In this document: piece after piece, positions 14,101 to 27,706 of the stretch
How positions within the stretch are numbered: the stretch's first letter is position 1
Layout of the letters: every line of letters begins with the position of its first letter
NCBI GenBank assembly: GCA_965235115.1
Contig: OZ249436.1
Span: forward strand, 7,442,001 to 7,506,000
DNA from: Laetmonice hystrix
Taxonomy: Eukaryota
Length of the DNA stretch: 64,000 nt
Reading direction: 5' to 3'
Translations under genes and position numbers: made by a program
Notes under the pieces: model-generated
Database searches by the model: none
What the model saw: only the letters and a program-made list of their open reading frames with translations
What the model was told of the DNA's origin: nothing

Positions 14101-14905
14101 GGAGGTAACCAAGCCATGCTGGCCGTTCTCAGTGACTCGGCGCCGCCCCAGACATGTCCTCAACCTGCACATGTTTCTGCCTGTGAATCACCTCAACAGG
14201 TACCACGTACAGGTGGGTTGGACCCTGGCAATGCCTCGACACGAACCAGCCACGGGACGCCGCCGGGTGGGGCAGCACCAGAGCCCTCCGAAGCAGAACC
14301 ACTCAACTGGAACGGCAATTTAATGTTGGAGATAGAACGGCAGGTGTATGATTTCCAAGTCCCCCTGAAATCGGACCTGCTATCCCTGAAATATAACTCC
14401 ATCAGACCTGCATTCCTAGTACCTGAAATCGAAGTCTGTGAATGATCTTGTATTATTTAAACATTTCTGAATAATCCTATCCCTAATCCTAACCTTAATC
14501 CATTTATATTATCTTAATTATTTTGTCTGATGTGGATTACCTAGGACCTGCATAATCAGGGAATCCAGGTCCGGCGGACCTCTATTCGGGCGGACTTACA
14601 TGAACTCCTTTCAAACCTGCAGTCAACCACTGTGCCAGGCATTCATTGACTGCACAGTCATTCGTTTCAATAGCCAAAGGGCCATGCTCAAACTGTACAC
14701 TCGTTTGCTATAGTATATATTTTGTCTACATCCAGTCATTCTTTATGTACAAGTCAGGTGTGCCAGTATAAGAGATCATAGCATCCCTCTAGCAGGTAAG
14801 GTCAATAACCTGATTATATTTTCAGTTAGACCATGCAGGTACAAACCCAGAACACCCGGTGATGCCCTGCTGGACTCTCAATACCATACTCGCGTCCTCT
14901 TACAG

Positions 14906-15447
14906 CCTCTATAGGTCGGTAACCGGGGGTTCCCTCTGTAGGTCGTTAACCGGGGGATTCCCTCTACAGGTCGTTAACCGGGGATTCCCTCTATAGGTCG
15001 TTAACCGGGGGATTCCCTCTATAGGTCGTTAACCGGGGGATTCCCTCTATAGGTCGGTAACCGGGGATTCCCTTTGTAGGTCGGTAACCGGGGATTCCCT
15101 CTATAGGTCGGTAGCCGGGGGGTTTCCCTCTATAGGTCGTTAACCGGGGGATTCCCTCTATAGGTCGGTAACCGGGGATTCCCTCTATAGGTCGGTAGCC
15201 GGGGGGTTTCCCTCTATAGGTCGGTAACCGGGGGATTCCCTCTATAGGTCGGTAGCCGGGGGGTTTCCCTTTATAGGTCGGTAACCGGGGGATTCCCTCT
15301 GTAGGTCGGTAACTGGGGGATTCCCTCTATAGGTCGGTAACCGGGGGGGGGGGGGGGTTCCCTCTATAGGTCGGTAACTGGGGGATTCCCTCTATAGGTC
15401 GGTAGCCGGGGGGTTTCCCTCTATAGGTCGGTAACCGGGGGATTCCT
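14906..15447. repeat. Minisatellite, about 19 copies of a 27-29 bp unit CCCTCTATAGGTCGGTAACCGGGG(G)ATT
   Basis: Directly visible head-to-tail tandem repeats with point variants and variable G-run length; no unique spacers. Confidence 0.95.
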
Positions 15448-18400
15448 CCGGATGATTACCCTGGGTTTTCCTCATCCATCCATATTGTCAGCCAACCAGA
15501 CATAACCTTTCATTGGACAGGATGGAGACCTGCGGCACCTATTCATGGTTTTATTAAACCAAGGTAATTCCTAGAAAAGTGTCGGGCATGTCGCACGGCA
15601 GCTCGCGGCGTGTCTGAAAGGTGCAGTTAAAATTAATGAGTTTATCCTAAAAACGGACGTGTCGGCCATGCCGCCCGCCAAGGAGGTGACTGCTCCTTGA
15701 GATTTACGTGTCTAACTCCTCAGATCCAACCGAGGCAGGCAGGGTGTCCTGTAGAGCATTTCACCTGGGGGGGATTCTTTTTTTTTTTGGTGGGGGGTGG
15801 GGGGAGGGGGAGGGGAGAGGGGGTTAGCTGGAGGGGCTGGGTTTAGCTTGTGGGTAATTTTGAAAGCACAACAGAAAACCTTTAGGGGAGTTTTTTTTCT
15901 AGGGATGGGGTCTCCCCCCAAACAAACAGGCCAGCAGGAAAAACTTGGTTAGGGTTGCCACTGATGGTAGCTTAGCTAGGGCCATCTTTCACAGCCTATA
16001 TTTTGCTAAAACCCTATGATATATTTTTGTCGGTATTCGTGGTCATCTTATACTATTGAAAGGAAAACACAATATCAATCACTGAGGCGGAGATAAATAA
16101 TGCTAAATGACATTATTCTACATTTCTAAATGGCAAAAGATACGAGAACTTTCCGAGTTACCACTAAAAATTGTTAACAAATGATAAAAGTATTAAAATA
16201 TCTGACAAACGTAGCAGGTTCTAAAAGCTTCCCCTTCCCCTTCATGATTTAAGTTATGATGGAGAGAAAATATCCTCCCAGCTTCTAAATATATACATAT
16301 ACCAGGTGGCAGGCCGGGTGGGATGGGGTGGGGGAGGGTAGGGGCGCAAGTCAACGAGGGGGATGGGGGCCAGGGGTCCCTCAAATCTCACTGGTACGTA
16401 ACAGCTGCACATAACTCCTATGTGTACCTTTCATAACCCCTGCCATGCTGAGGTAACTCGCTGGAGGAATTCCGCCCGCTAGCACAGCCAGGTATATGCG
16501 ATAACAGGCAACGTTTGAAAAAAATACAAAATATACATATCTGCCCATGAATAACACACATATTCTGGACATGTCCTTGTTTTTTGGTGTCTGTTTAAGC
16601 CGAGCTTATCGTCTCAGCTTGCAGAGCACTGGGATGCCCCCCCCCCCCTTATACTAGCAAGCTCACCAAGTCTTTTCTTCTCCCGTCACTGTATGCACCT
16701 GTTGATTTGCCACAGACACTAGTTTCAGCACATCTTTCTCATATCTTATAGTGCTATTGCTTTGTGGATACAACACAACAGCGCCTCCTGGAGGGAGATT
16801 TTAACACTATCTCAGGCAGGAGGTTCGGCTGCCCAGCCATCACAAATTATGCACAGTCAGCAGAAAACGTCCATAGACTCTGCTGCACATAGAAACATCA
16901 GACGGCGATTAAATCATCTACTCCACAATCTCATGACTTCTGGTTGATGTCAACTTAACGATATCTCACCTTTCAATCGATACATGAGACACCCAACTTA
17001 ATGTACCAATTTCTCGATCCAATCTTGCGCTTCTTCAACGACAAGTGAAAGTCTATGTTTCCTATGCAAACAGAATAACGGCCTAAAGGTCACTGGATAA
17101 AAAACTTCGGAGAAAGTGTTTGGCATTGGCCGGTTTAGTTACCACAATTTGACTAATTCAACACTGTTTACGTTACTATTCAACTGGGATAGGGGTATCA
17201 CACACTGCAGTAACTTGAGTCTTGACGTCTCGAGAAATAAAAAGTACAGTTAACATGAAATATAATATGTTGCTTCTGTTCCTCATGTCTAAGTCTAAGT
17301 ACATTCGGTTCATAATGTTTTAAAAATACCATTTCCCATGAGCTGCAATGTGAAACTGTGTTACTGTCAGTTGAGGTCATTGATTCTGGGCATTTTTTTA
17401 TCCTGTGCGCCTTGTCGGAAACACAGCTGCAACACTCATTCTAAAATATATATCCATACGACACGATGTTAAGTCCCTTTCTCTTTCACTTTGAAAATAC
17501 ATCATAATTTTCTCCATTCTGCAACTACAGCATCTTCATATTCTCCGTATTAATGGCCGGAGGGAGGGGGCGGGGGAGGTCACAAGCGTTAACGGAATTA
17601 CTGTCCAGTGTAATATAGAAATCTTTAATAACATGTCTCAAATTACACAGGGCGAATGTCCATCATAAATAATGCTTGACTCGAAATGAGATTCTGTTGA
17701 ACACTTCACGTCTCTAAGGTAAGGTATGGTATGTACCGGGGTACATCGTTCATTCGGGAAGCCTTCAAAATCAGCAAGTACTTGAAACCCTGGATGATGA
17801 AGTACTTTAAAAAAATACATCCCCAACCAATAGCACCAATACGGACTTGATAACCTGCACTGTGCATGAGGTGCCACAGTAACAAAGTTTCCCTATAACC
17901 TGATGACATCAGGAATATTGTCTGTATGTCAAAAAAATGAAGATCAACTTCACTAAAAGCTACAAAAGTGAGATCTTCCCTGGAAAAGAGCAACAGCATG
18001 ATGCAGCCCCTCAGCGGTATAGCTAAACCCCGCTGTGTGTGTGTCAACATTCAGAGTCTATCAAGCATCTCTCAAATGCTTGACTTCAGGGCCTTCACCT
18101 TAGTAAACAATCACATGGCCAGTACAGGATACTGTAAGTAACGACCCATCAGACCGCAGGTAGTGAGCCAGTACTGGCAGCAAGTTATCACTGTTTACTG
18201 TAAGGGTTCGACGGACCTTAGAGGAAAAAAACCAGAAGTCACACTCCGGGAAAGGCGCAAAGATTTCCTTCTCGAGAGCGAGGGCCAGAGATAGAAACAA
18301 AGATATTGCAACAGTGACCCATACCTTTCTGTTCCTATCTAGATTGAGATTTCGTACTTCAATAACATCAACTTTGTTGGTCAAATACAATTACATGTAT

Positions 18401-20702
18401 ATGTACCGGGGGTATATCAGTTATGAGTTCGGAAAATAGTACAGTGGCGCAGACTTTACCGAGCCATACCAACGGCTACCAGAGGTCTGAGGTACAATTT
18501 GGCGGTGGCCACGATGGGGAAGGGGACCTCTGTTTGGTATTTATGACCTCCTTTTTTTAATGAACACCTTCATTTCGTAATCACTTAGTTCAGGAAGCGT
18601 CACGGTTCTGACTTCACACAATTCAACCTTTTCAAAAAGGTTCCCGGAGCTGGGGTGGACCCTAGAATTGATGACAGTATGTACAGCAGAACCTCTATTT
18701 TTTACCTGCCACTAAATATTCCTAAGACAGGACACAAAGGTGAGGCCTGCTGTATTTTCACTCAACATCATTAGAGTCTTTGGGTCCCTTTTCACACTAT
18801 GGTTCATAAACCAACGGGACTTTCCACTTCAGTAATTGGTCTCATAATTGCTTCACTTCAAAGTCACAGATGTTGGCTGACATGAAAGATTTTTATATTA
18901 TGTTAATGTAATACAGTTCTACCATGAAGGTCAACTCGTTCCCTTTGTGGCTACAACTTTCCTAACAAACTTTCGGGGGCCTTTTTGTTGTGGGGGGGGG
19001 GGGGGGGGGTGGAGATACTGATGACAAAATTATGGTTTCAGTCATAACTTGCTTGGATAATTAAATCAATAGAAGCGGTGGCCTTCTGCCTTAAAAAAAG
19101 TCCTTCAACTGCTAACGGATTCAGCTTTATAATATTATAATCTCTACATTAAAGGACATCAATATATTTTTGTCTGGGTGTGGATTTTTTACCAGTTGAT
19201 TGGCAAGGTTCAGGTGAAGTGAAAGAGTTACCAGACATACTAAAAATTGATCCCTTTGAAGATATGAGCACATTCTTGCTGAATTAGTCTTGAGAAGAAG
19301 AACCCTCGTTTATAAACACAGCTTATGCTACGACCATAATCTACTCTTAAAAAACTTATTTATAAAAAAATACACAGGAAGTCTAAAACAGAATAAAGTT
19401 GAATAATATTGACTACATGCATAAGTGTATTTTTATTCTTTTCTCAGGAAAATGAGACACATGGCATGAGAAGTACAGGTCCCGTAGGAGAAACATAAGC
19501 CCACCTGTTCTCAGCATTTTCTAAGTTCACCAAACTTTAAAAATCACTCATTGGATCTACACGGTGCATTTTCTACAGAAAGTTCTGTATATTCCAAATC
19601 AGCTCAGAGAAAGTAGTAGGACTAAGAGGAACAGAGCTACTACCAAAAAACGCCTGAAACGTTTACTTACATGGCACTTCATAATAAACACGGCTGGGAG
19701 TGGCTTTAAGCCAACAAAGGTGTGAGCTGAGCGCCTAGATAGGGAGTAGCTCCTTACACTGGTAGGTCCAGCACAGGTCATCCTGTTTTGCTGACTCAGC
19801 ACCACTGGAGGTTTGCACTGAGGTCAAAATGATTTCAGTGCTAAAAAACGACATCTATAACCAAGCAGTTTATCCTGAATGCCTGACTTATTACTGCATG
19901 AGCATCACTGCTGTTCAGAGTTTCTCCCTGGTCAAACCATCATTACAATGAGCTCACAAATAACATGGAATGTTGTGTGGTTTCACTGATCGGCATTATG
20001 AGAATGTGACATGAAACTTTGCAAGCAAATAACTCATGTTACCACACACCTTTCTTTTGTGGAAATGTCATGAATTGCTTTCCCATCTTGAATAACTAAT
20101 TTTTAAAGAGCCTTCACATCCCTTTCAGCACGTGGATGCTGGTTCTGCGGATAGTTTAACATACCTTTTGTGGCTTTGAAGTGTTCCAGGCAATGATAGA
20201 GACAATACACCGCGAAAATGGCTCCATGGTGGAGTGCCAAATTATGCTTACCTGAAAATATACAGAATATCTGTTAGGAAGAGCCATGATATCATCAGAC
20301 TCAGCAATTTAATATAAATTCCTATGTGCCTAACGTTTCCCCCTATATTAAAATATGACAAGTATTGGCCAAACAAATAAGCAATAAACCATAAAAATAA
20401 AGTAATAAGCTGTCAACATAAAGTATCATTATCTCCACACTGCCGTCGCAGGATTCGAGCAACACATCTTGGGATGAACTGCTGAATCTCCATCTAGAAA
20501 ATAACTAATTATTCATAGAAATAAAACTTTCCTATCATCATGACATTATTCTAAAGGCATAAAGTCCATAGGGTCCTAGAACTTGGAGGTGGTGTCCTGA
20601 ATTTCCCTCCAAGTGTCAGTTGTGATCACCTGGAACGGAGCTGGAACCATGCAAGGGTCGGTCGCGAGATTATGTTATTCATGGGCCAAACACGGGACAG
20701 CA

Positions 20703-21026
20703 GTGCCACCTACTGGTGCATAGAAACAACAATTCCCTCTTTACTACAGCGACACCTAGTGACTAGGCCTATGCATAACATTAATATTGCTGCTCCATTG
20801 GTTGTCCTTGCTCAGTCTATCACAACCCTGAGATCTACACAAACAATCTTTAAAACATATCATTAATCCTAACAGTTTTATTTGAATTCTCTCTATAGAA
20901 TTTAAGTTTCATAACCTTCATGACCGGCTTTTATCCCAGAACTTCATTTACTCGACTACATGGACCGCGGTGCCCTCTGGTGGAGGTTACTGTCACCACA
21001 TTTATGTTTCGCACTCCCTCTAGTGG
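20703..21026 (-). promoter_or_regulatory. Cluster of four co-oriented CTCF-like motifs
   Basis: Minus-strand CCAGTAGGTGGCAC (20703-20716), TCACTAGGTGTCGC (20749-20762), CCACCAGAGGGCAC (20970-20983), CCACTAGAGGGAGT (21013-21026) versus consensus CCASYAGRKGGCRS. Confidence 0.6.
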
Positions 21027-21827
21027 CACGACCCAGATACAGCCAGAGGTCGAAGTTTGACGGTCACCCGCCTCTCTGCTTCTATAATTACCTTACCTCC
21101 AACTAAACGCGCTGCTAGCAGGTGTACTTTCTGGCGGACGGGAATATGAGATCTTTTGGAGGGGAAGTATTTTGAGCACAAACTATCACCGATAAAGTAA
21201 CAACATGGCCAGCCGTTTAACAACGGTTCGGTACCTAAGCCATGGCATTACATGCTGCATAAGTCAGTGGTCAGCTAATCAAATTAGTGGCCAGCTTCCG
21301 AGACACATCCAATTGATTCCTTCGTTCCCTTCCTTCAATTTTAAACTAAGAACAAAAGGAAACGATCTAGTTGAAAACATCTTACAGAGTAGTTTCCATG
21401 GGAATGAAATACATATATATTATATGAATCTGGAAATTCATTCATTGCAACTCTCCTGTAGACTTAAGCCTAATTGCCTGTGAGATAAACAATAAATTAC
21501 ATAAACCAGAGTTCTACAATATTGGTGGCCCTTTAGCGCCCATGACCTGGATAGATTGCTCCCAGTTCGTCCCTCTATCTCTCTCGAAACCTTGCTGGGT
21601 CTACCCAGAGGTGGCCCGCTCAGTCAGTGTATGAGAGTGCTGTACAGTTGTATACTGCTGAATTGGCACATAGTACAGAGGCTCGGAGGCTAACCTTGCC
21701 ACATTCCACGATGTGGCAGCACCAGTTCTGGGGAAGCTTTCTCAAGGATCCACCTGATGACCCCGGCAACGACACCACTACTTCACCCACTCCCAGTCCC
21801 ATCAAATTCTACTGTTGAATTCAAAAG

Positions 21828-22081
21828 CAGAGGCGGATCTAGGGGGGGGGGGGGGCAGGTGCCCGCCCCCCCTAAATTTTGGAAGAGTATAATATAACTT
21901 AGGCCCAAATGAACCCAGCCACCCCTTTCTAGCAGTAAAGTAAGGTCTAACAGTAAACCTGGAGATCATTTATGAAGACTGAAATTTGTATAAAACATCA
22001 GCAGTTCAGGACCAGCCACCCCTTTCTGACTTCGTCCCGGTGCCCCCCCCCCCCCAAGCGAAAATCCTGGATCCGCCCCTG
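21828..22081. mobile_element. Non-autonomous DNA transposon (GGCGGATC family) with 5-bp TSD
   Basis: TIRs CAGAGGCGGATCTAG ... CTGGATCCGCCCCTG, flanked by AAAAG on both sides; related remnants near 11280-11550, 27300-27365, 48730-48865, 53015-53165. Confidence 0.75.
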
Positions 22082-25000
22082 AAAAGACAGACTTTTTTAG
22101 TACTGTGAAATAATTCTACCATTTGGAACAAGACAAAAAAGTTAATTATTTTAAGGTGTTCGGTATGAAAAGAATGATATAGCCTTTGTTTGTAACTGTA
22201 AGGGGACGAACTTGTCAATGAGTCGACTCACTTCTGCTACACGGTAAATTTATGGCAAACTTTTTGTACTACATGTACACTGGCCACTGGAAAGGATTCA
22301 ATTTTAAAAAAAACCTTCAACTCTGAAAAATGCTGCAGTTTTTTAGGTTTCAATTAATTAAAGAATTCTGATGCCTGTCAGACTCTGCATTGGTTAGAGC
22401 TCAATCTTCAATGCCTTTATGTTGTAAAATTTTGTATTTGAATTTTATTTATCTATTGTTTTTTTTACTCGATACTGATTTATAACAGAAATTAATGTTA
22501 TGGTTATCAAATGTTTTCCAATTGTACTGCCACTTTTACAGATAAGACTAATTTTACGGTCCTGAAGCAATTATTCACAAACTTCAGAAAACGCACCTTT
22601 TAGTCCACATGTGAACATAAATTAACGTTTTTTTTTAAATATAATGAGCTGTGTATTCAAACAGACTACATTCCATGTTGAAACGCCCCTTGGCCAGCGA
22701 CCTTCAAAACATGACAGAGTTCCATTCCTCATTTATATGCTGACACTGACAGCAGAACTTCCCTAACAGATAGACAAGATAGTTTGCAGCACTTGTGGAA
22801 TACCCGAGTCTAAAGTGTCTGTGGAAAGGCCTGTACAAAGATTTATCTAGAGACAAACATTTTAATCTATTGTACTCGGTCAATATAAGTACTGATTACT
22901 TGAACAACAAAAAGTAAGCTTGAAGAACATCAAAGTGACAAAGTCTGTCTTTTTACCCTGAACTTTGCCTTAACATAAGGTTTAATTATATAAATTGCCA
23001 GTGAAACCTAAGCATGAGAGAATCGAAGAATGAGGTAAAGAAAACAGATGGTATTCATGTTAAGATTTGACTACATGTATCAAGGGTTTTCCTGAGCATG
23101 GGTCCCATATCAGTGTTGATTTTTCTAAGAAAGAACCGTTTAAAAGGGGAATGCCATGACATCAGTTGGGGGGGGGGGGGCGCGTAATATATTCAAAGTT
23201 ATACACAAAGAACACAACTTTTGAAATGTTTACTAAAAGAAACTTGAATGCTGCTGAAATCCTACAACCACTGCCAGTTTTTATAGTTTAATTAAATACT
23301 AGAATCCAGTGGTAAAGTGGCACCACAAATTCCCTAAATATTTACCTTTGGACCCCAGGAACACCTTGGATGTTAAACTTTCGATATGAGCGATAAGCGA
23401 AACTATTTTAAAAAATTGAGTTATGTTACGGCCCCTAGTTACCGTTTGGCAGCGGATTTGGAGTAGAAGCCAGGACAGCGGAGCCATATTTTTCCATTCC
23501 ATTTTTAAAGTACTTTTGCTTATCGATAAAACCTGAAATTTTATCATGGAGTCCCTGGGGTTCAGAGGTAAGTATTTGAAGATTTGGGGTGTTACTTTAA
23601 TAATCAGGAGCCATTTAGTTCAGATCTGTCGGCTGTTGAGTTGTAGCATTGCCAGTCCAAGTATCAGCAAAGAAAACGTAACTATATGCCACTGACCTCC
23701 GACAACACTGTTTCGACAACACAACAAAGATAAGAGCATGGCTATCCACTATTGACCCATGACGCTATCATTGAATAATGTTCAGCTTATTATTTGACCT
23801 GGAAAGTTGTGTCCACAATCCCCAGTGCTTGACCCCTCAGGAGTGGATCACTCAAGCCAAAGTCGAGTTCTCACTTCGGGGTTCCTCACGGGTAATACTC
23901 GGGTCAGTGACAGGAGCTTTATGGATGCGCAATTTAATTTCCCATAGCGCACGTTGAGTTGCGACAGTCGCAATGTAAACGAGTGGGCGACATTACGCCC
24001 CCTAAATTTCAATCTGTGCATATTTGGTACAAATACATGTGTATCTAAAGTAATTTGATTACACATTTCGCTAATTTTACTGACAGCACCAAAATGTACA
24101 GGTTTATGGCAATTTGATGTCAGACGGATCCAAAATTTTACTGCTCCTGAAACATAAGGTGAAATTTTAACGACAACAATCAATTGACAAAATAGTTCCT
24201 CCGTATAACCCTCACTGTACTCTTACCTATCATGGAGTGGCACTGGGTGGCATTGAGAGAAAACCTTCTCTGCATTGAATCAACAGATTTAGTCTGACAC
24301 TGGGTCCACTCCTTAATGATTTCCTTTATCAGAATTCTACAACCATCACCGACCATGCCACAGCCGTTTTTGAGAGCCGAATGTGCAGTCATTACATGTA
24401 CTTAACAAAGGCATTTGCATGCAATTCAGAATTTGCAAACGGATTAATCTGAAAAACACACTTTCTCTCACTAATCAGTCATTCAAAATTCTCGTACTCA
24501 TCCATTTAAGCAGCATAATAATTATCAATTTATCCTATTTTACATACGAATCAATATATTATTCCATACGTAATGTGACTACATAAAGAATTCCTTCTAT
24601 AATTCTATCTCCAGCCTAACTCACTTCTGTTCTAGTGTCCCTAATGTTGTACAGGTAAAAAAAATCCAACTCATTACAAAGCATCTTTAGATGACCTTCA
24701 GATGTTCCTTCGATCCCTGTATGACGCATCCAAATGAAAGCCAGTCTTCTCCCTCCTACTGGTTGAGGGAGTTAGGGGTATGCTCGGCAGTTTGTTACCA
24801 TACAAAACCCCACAAATGTCAAAACTCTAATACCTTCAAATTGTCATCTCCAAGGCAAATGAGAAAATGTCAAAGTGTCATCAATTACATAAATACACAC
24901 TGCTGATGATGATCAGAGACAAGACCTGGCAAGCTTGGATTCCACTCAACTGCTTAGTGAGAGCCATCTACATTACCGCTACTGTAAAATGGGAATTCTT

Positions 25001-26952
25001 TACACTGATTATATTTTTGCTTCTTGGCACTGGACAAGAAAAACATGAACATGATCACAAATTTATAAATCTTTGGAAATAGATGTTCTTTTTATCAAAC
25101 CAGTAATAGCAGCATTCTCTAATGATACTGCTCTCACAGCACAGCACATGATCCAGGGATCATGGCTAACTGCTGAGCCCGACCAGCCAATCAGTGTAAC
25201 TCTCTTTCCACCTTTCATACAATTGATACGGCCACATGGCCTATCATACAGGCACTCCGTGGATGACCATCAGCCTTGAAGTTGTAACGTCGTGGCTACG
25301 ATAATGATATTCAAACCAAGCGAGTGTCTCGACAATATTATGTACCCCAACGTTCACCATTATTCATTTTGAACACTAAGGTAGTTCAGGATTGGAGTGT
25401 GGATTGCCTTTGCTACTTATTTACTAACTTATCTGTAAGCACTTTGAGTTTTCCCAAACTGTATAAACCATGATCAAAGTGCAAATAAAAGGGTACCTAA
25501 CGAAGCAGTGAATTCCAATCATAAGTTTACACTGCCTTCCAGTTCCACATCTGAACTGGACCAAATCTGTGGGATTCTGCATTGAAGCCCAGCAAACCCA
25601 CTTGTCCACAGTCCACGCACAATTGACAGACCCCTAGCAAGGATAGGCAGGGTGGCAGCAAGGGAGCCCAGCAACTGAGCCCAGGGGTGCGTTTCACAAT
25701 CACAATTGTCATTATTAATATTTCTACATACAGATTAATGTTATGGAAAACAACACACCCTGTTTCTACTCCTCATAAAATTCTGCATCGACATTCGTTT
25801 TGTTTTTCACATAAACTGGACGACATTTTGGACAGAAACTGACATGCCACCAGTTCAACCAGGAGAAGCAGGGCACCATGCCCCTCTGGAACGGTATAGC
25901 AAGGGCTCTGGTTAAATTTGAACTCTTGCACCACTACAGTATGGACCCCTCTTTCACACTATTGACTAGCTTTGCCTCCACATGGAAGCATAATTTTGTT
26001 GATAAAACCAGCAGCAAAACCAATCGTACCACTGTACTAAAATGACTCACTCAACTCAAATGAATATTTGTTGATCATGGGCTGCAACCATTATGACACA
26101 TACAGGCTGAGAGGCATGATTGATGACATTCGAATACCAAGTAAGAAGACTTGGTTATGATATATATCAAAAACCTATAACGTGTATGTGTATGTATGCC
26201 AACGTGGATTTGTACCAAATCAGTCATGAATATATATGTATATTATGTGTTCAGCACTAATAATTGGAACATTCTTTAATTGGAAATTATTTATTGCACT
26301 ACAACAGGAAAACAGTTGGCCACGATGGAGCTAGGGTACGGTATTGCCACCGACTGTCAAGGTGTTGCTACGGTTTGTCCCGGTTTCCCAGGGTTCTGCT
26401 ACAGACCCAACACAGTGGGTGACACTGTGTCTACGATCTCACTACTTCTGCCATCAGTCACCGAGGCGAAGGAGCACACACTCAGCATCACCCCCGGATG
26501 ACTATGGATCACCACGGAAGCCTTATGGCAGTTCTACGTCAACGTGCAGTGGTACCACAGTTAGACGACGGTGCCACTACGATATATCATATATGCATAA
26601 TGGTACTTTGCCATGTAAGGGCAACCATGTTTTACAAAACGGTTGAGCCAGTGACCCATTTGGTGACCCTCAGGTCACAACTTTGAGCCTTGAATAAAAA
26701 GTAACTTTCCTTTTAAAATATATAGCAGTTTTTAGCAGCATAACAGTTTCGTGGCAGTGGTTAGCTTCACCGATGCAGAATCATCGTACAGTGTTGACTT
26801 TCTATAGCTAGATGCCCAGGGCTACTGTCTATAGATAAAGGGCTTGCTTTCAGGAGTACCACAGGTCTAAATTTTCAGGTAGGACTGCCTGTCTACATCA
26901 CATTCGGCTGAAGTTTGGGTTAGGGCACAAAGTGGGTTCTCTACTGAAATCC

Positions 26953-27033
26953 TACCTTCATTTTCGGCATAATAGGCCTTAATTAAAAGATTCCTTTTAA
27001 TTACTAAGGCCTATTATGCCGAAAATGAAGGTA
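26953..27033. repeat. 81-nt near-perfect palindrome (tiny TA-flanked MITE or hairpin)
   Basis: TACCTTCATTTTCGGCATAATAGGCCTTA (26953-26981) is the exact reverse complement of 27005-27033; inner AATTAAAAG/CTTTTAATT also pairs. Confidence 0.85.
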
Positions 27034-27706
27034 TTATATTCATAGACAGGCTAAGACAGCCCATATATTATAACATGGATGATATTATTGTCAGGCCTGT
27101 AAAATCGCTTAAAAAAGTGCTTGTCAAGGTTCGCTTTTCAAAATATGGTTGTCCCCACATAATATTTGGTTGTCCTCACACAAAAAAGAATGTTGGCTTC
27201 CTAGGGACATTATTAAATGTTTGCTCTATTTTGTACAAGTTTGCCTCTGACTGCTGCAATGTATATATGAAGCATTATGACCATAATACAGATACAGAAG
27301 ACATTAGTCGGAATAGGGGGCACCAGGGGGGCCACACCCCCCTTAATATCTAGATCCGCCCTGTCAAGGCATAGGCTCCCCCCAACCAAATAATAGCTTC
27401 TGGACCTTGGTCCCCCCCCTAACTATCAATAGCTTCCGACACCCCTGATGATCTATCTCATTACATCAACTCTGAATGAGGATGATCGTCTGCTTTTAAA
27501 ATAATGAACAAAATCGGAAAATAGTAATTCACTGTCAACCTTTTGTTGGAATGGCGCCAATGATATACGTATACATACTAAGTGCCGTTCCGCTTACATT
27601 GCGCCGGTGCATATTGAGTTGACTAGACGGGTCCCCAACTTGTACCCTGCTTCACTATAATAAAGATGTTTTGACGGCTAGGGGACCCGTCGAAATAACA
27701 TAATAT

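Noticed and set aside
13580..14445. Overlapping ORFs of 109-158 aa as genes
   Set aside because: No recognisable domain, no convincing splice context, ORFs on both strands; the end overlaps a degenerate repeat.
14906..15447. CRISPR array
   Set aside because: Units are contiguous with no unique spacers, the context is eukaryotic and there are no cas genes.
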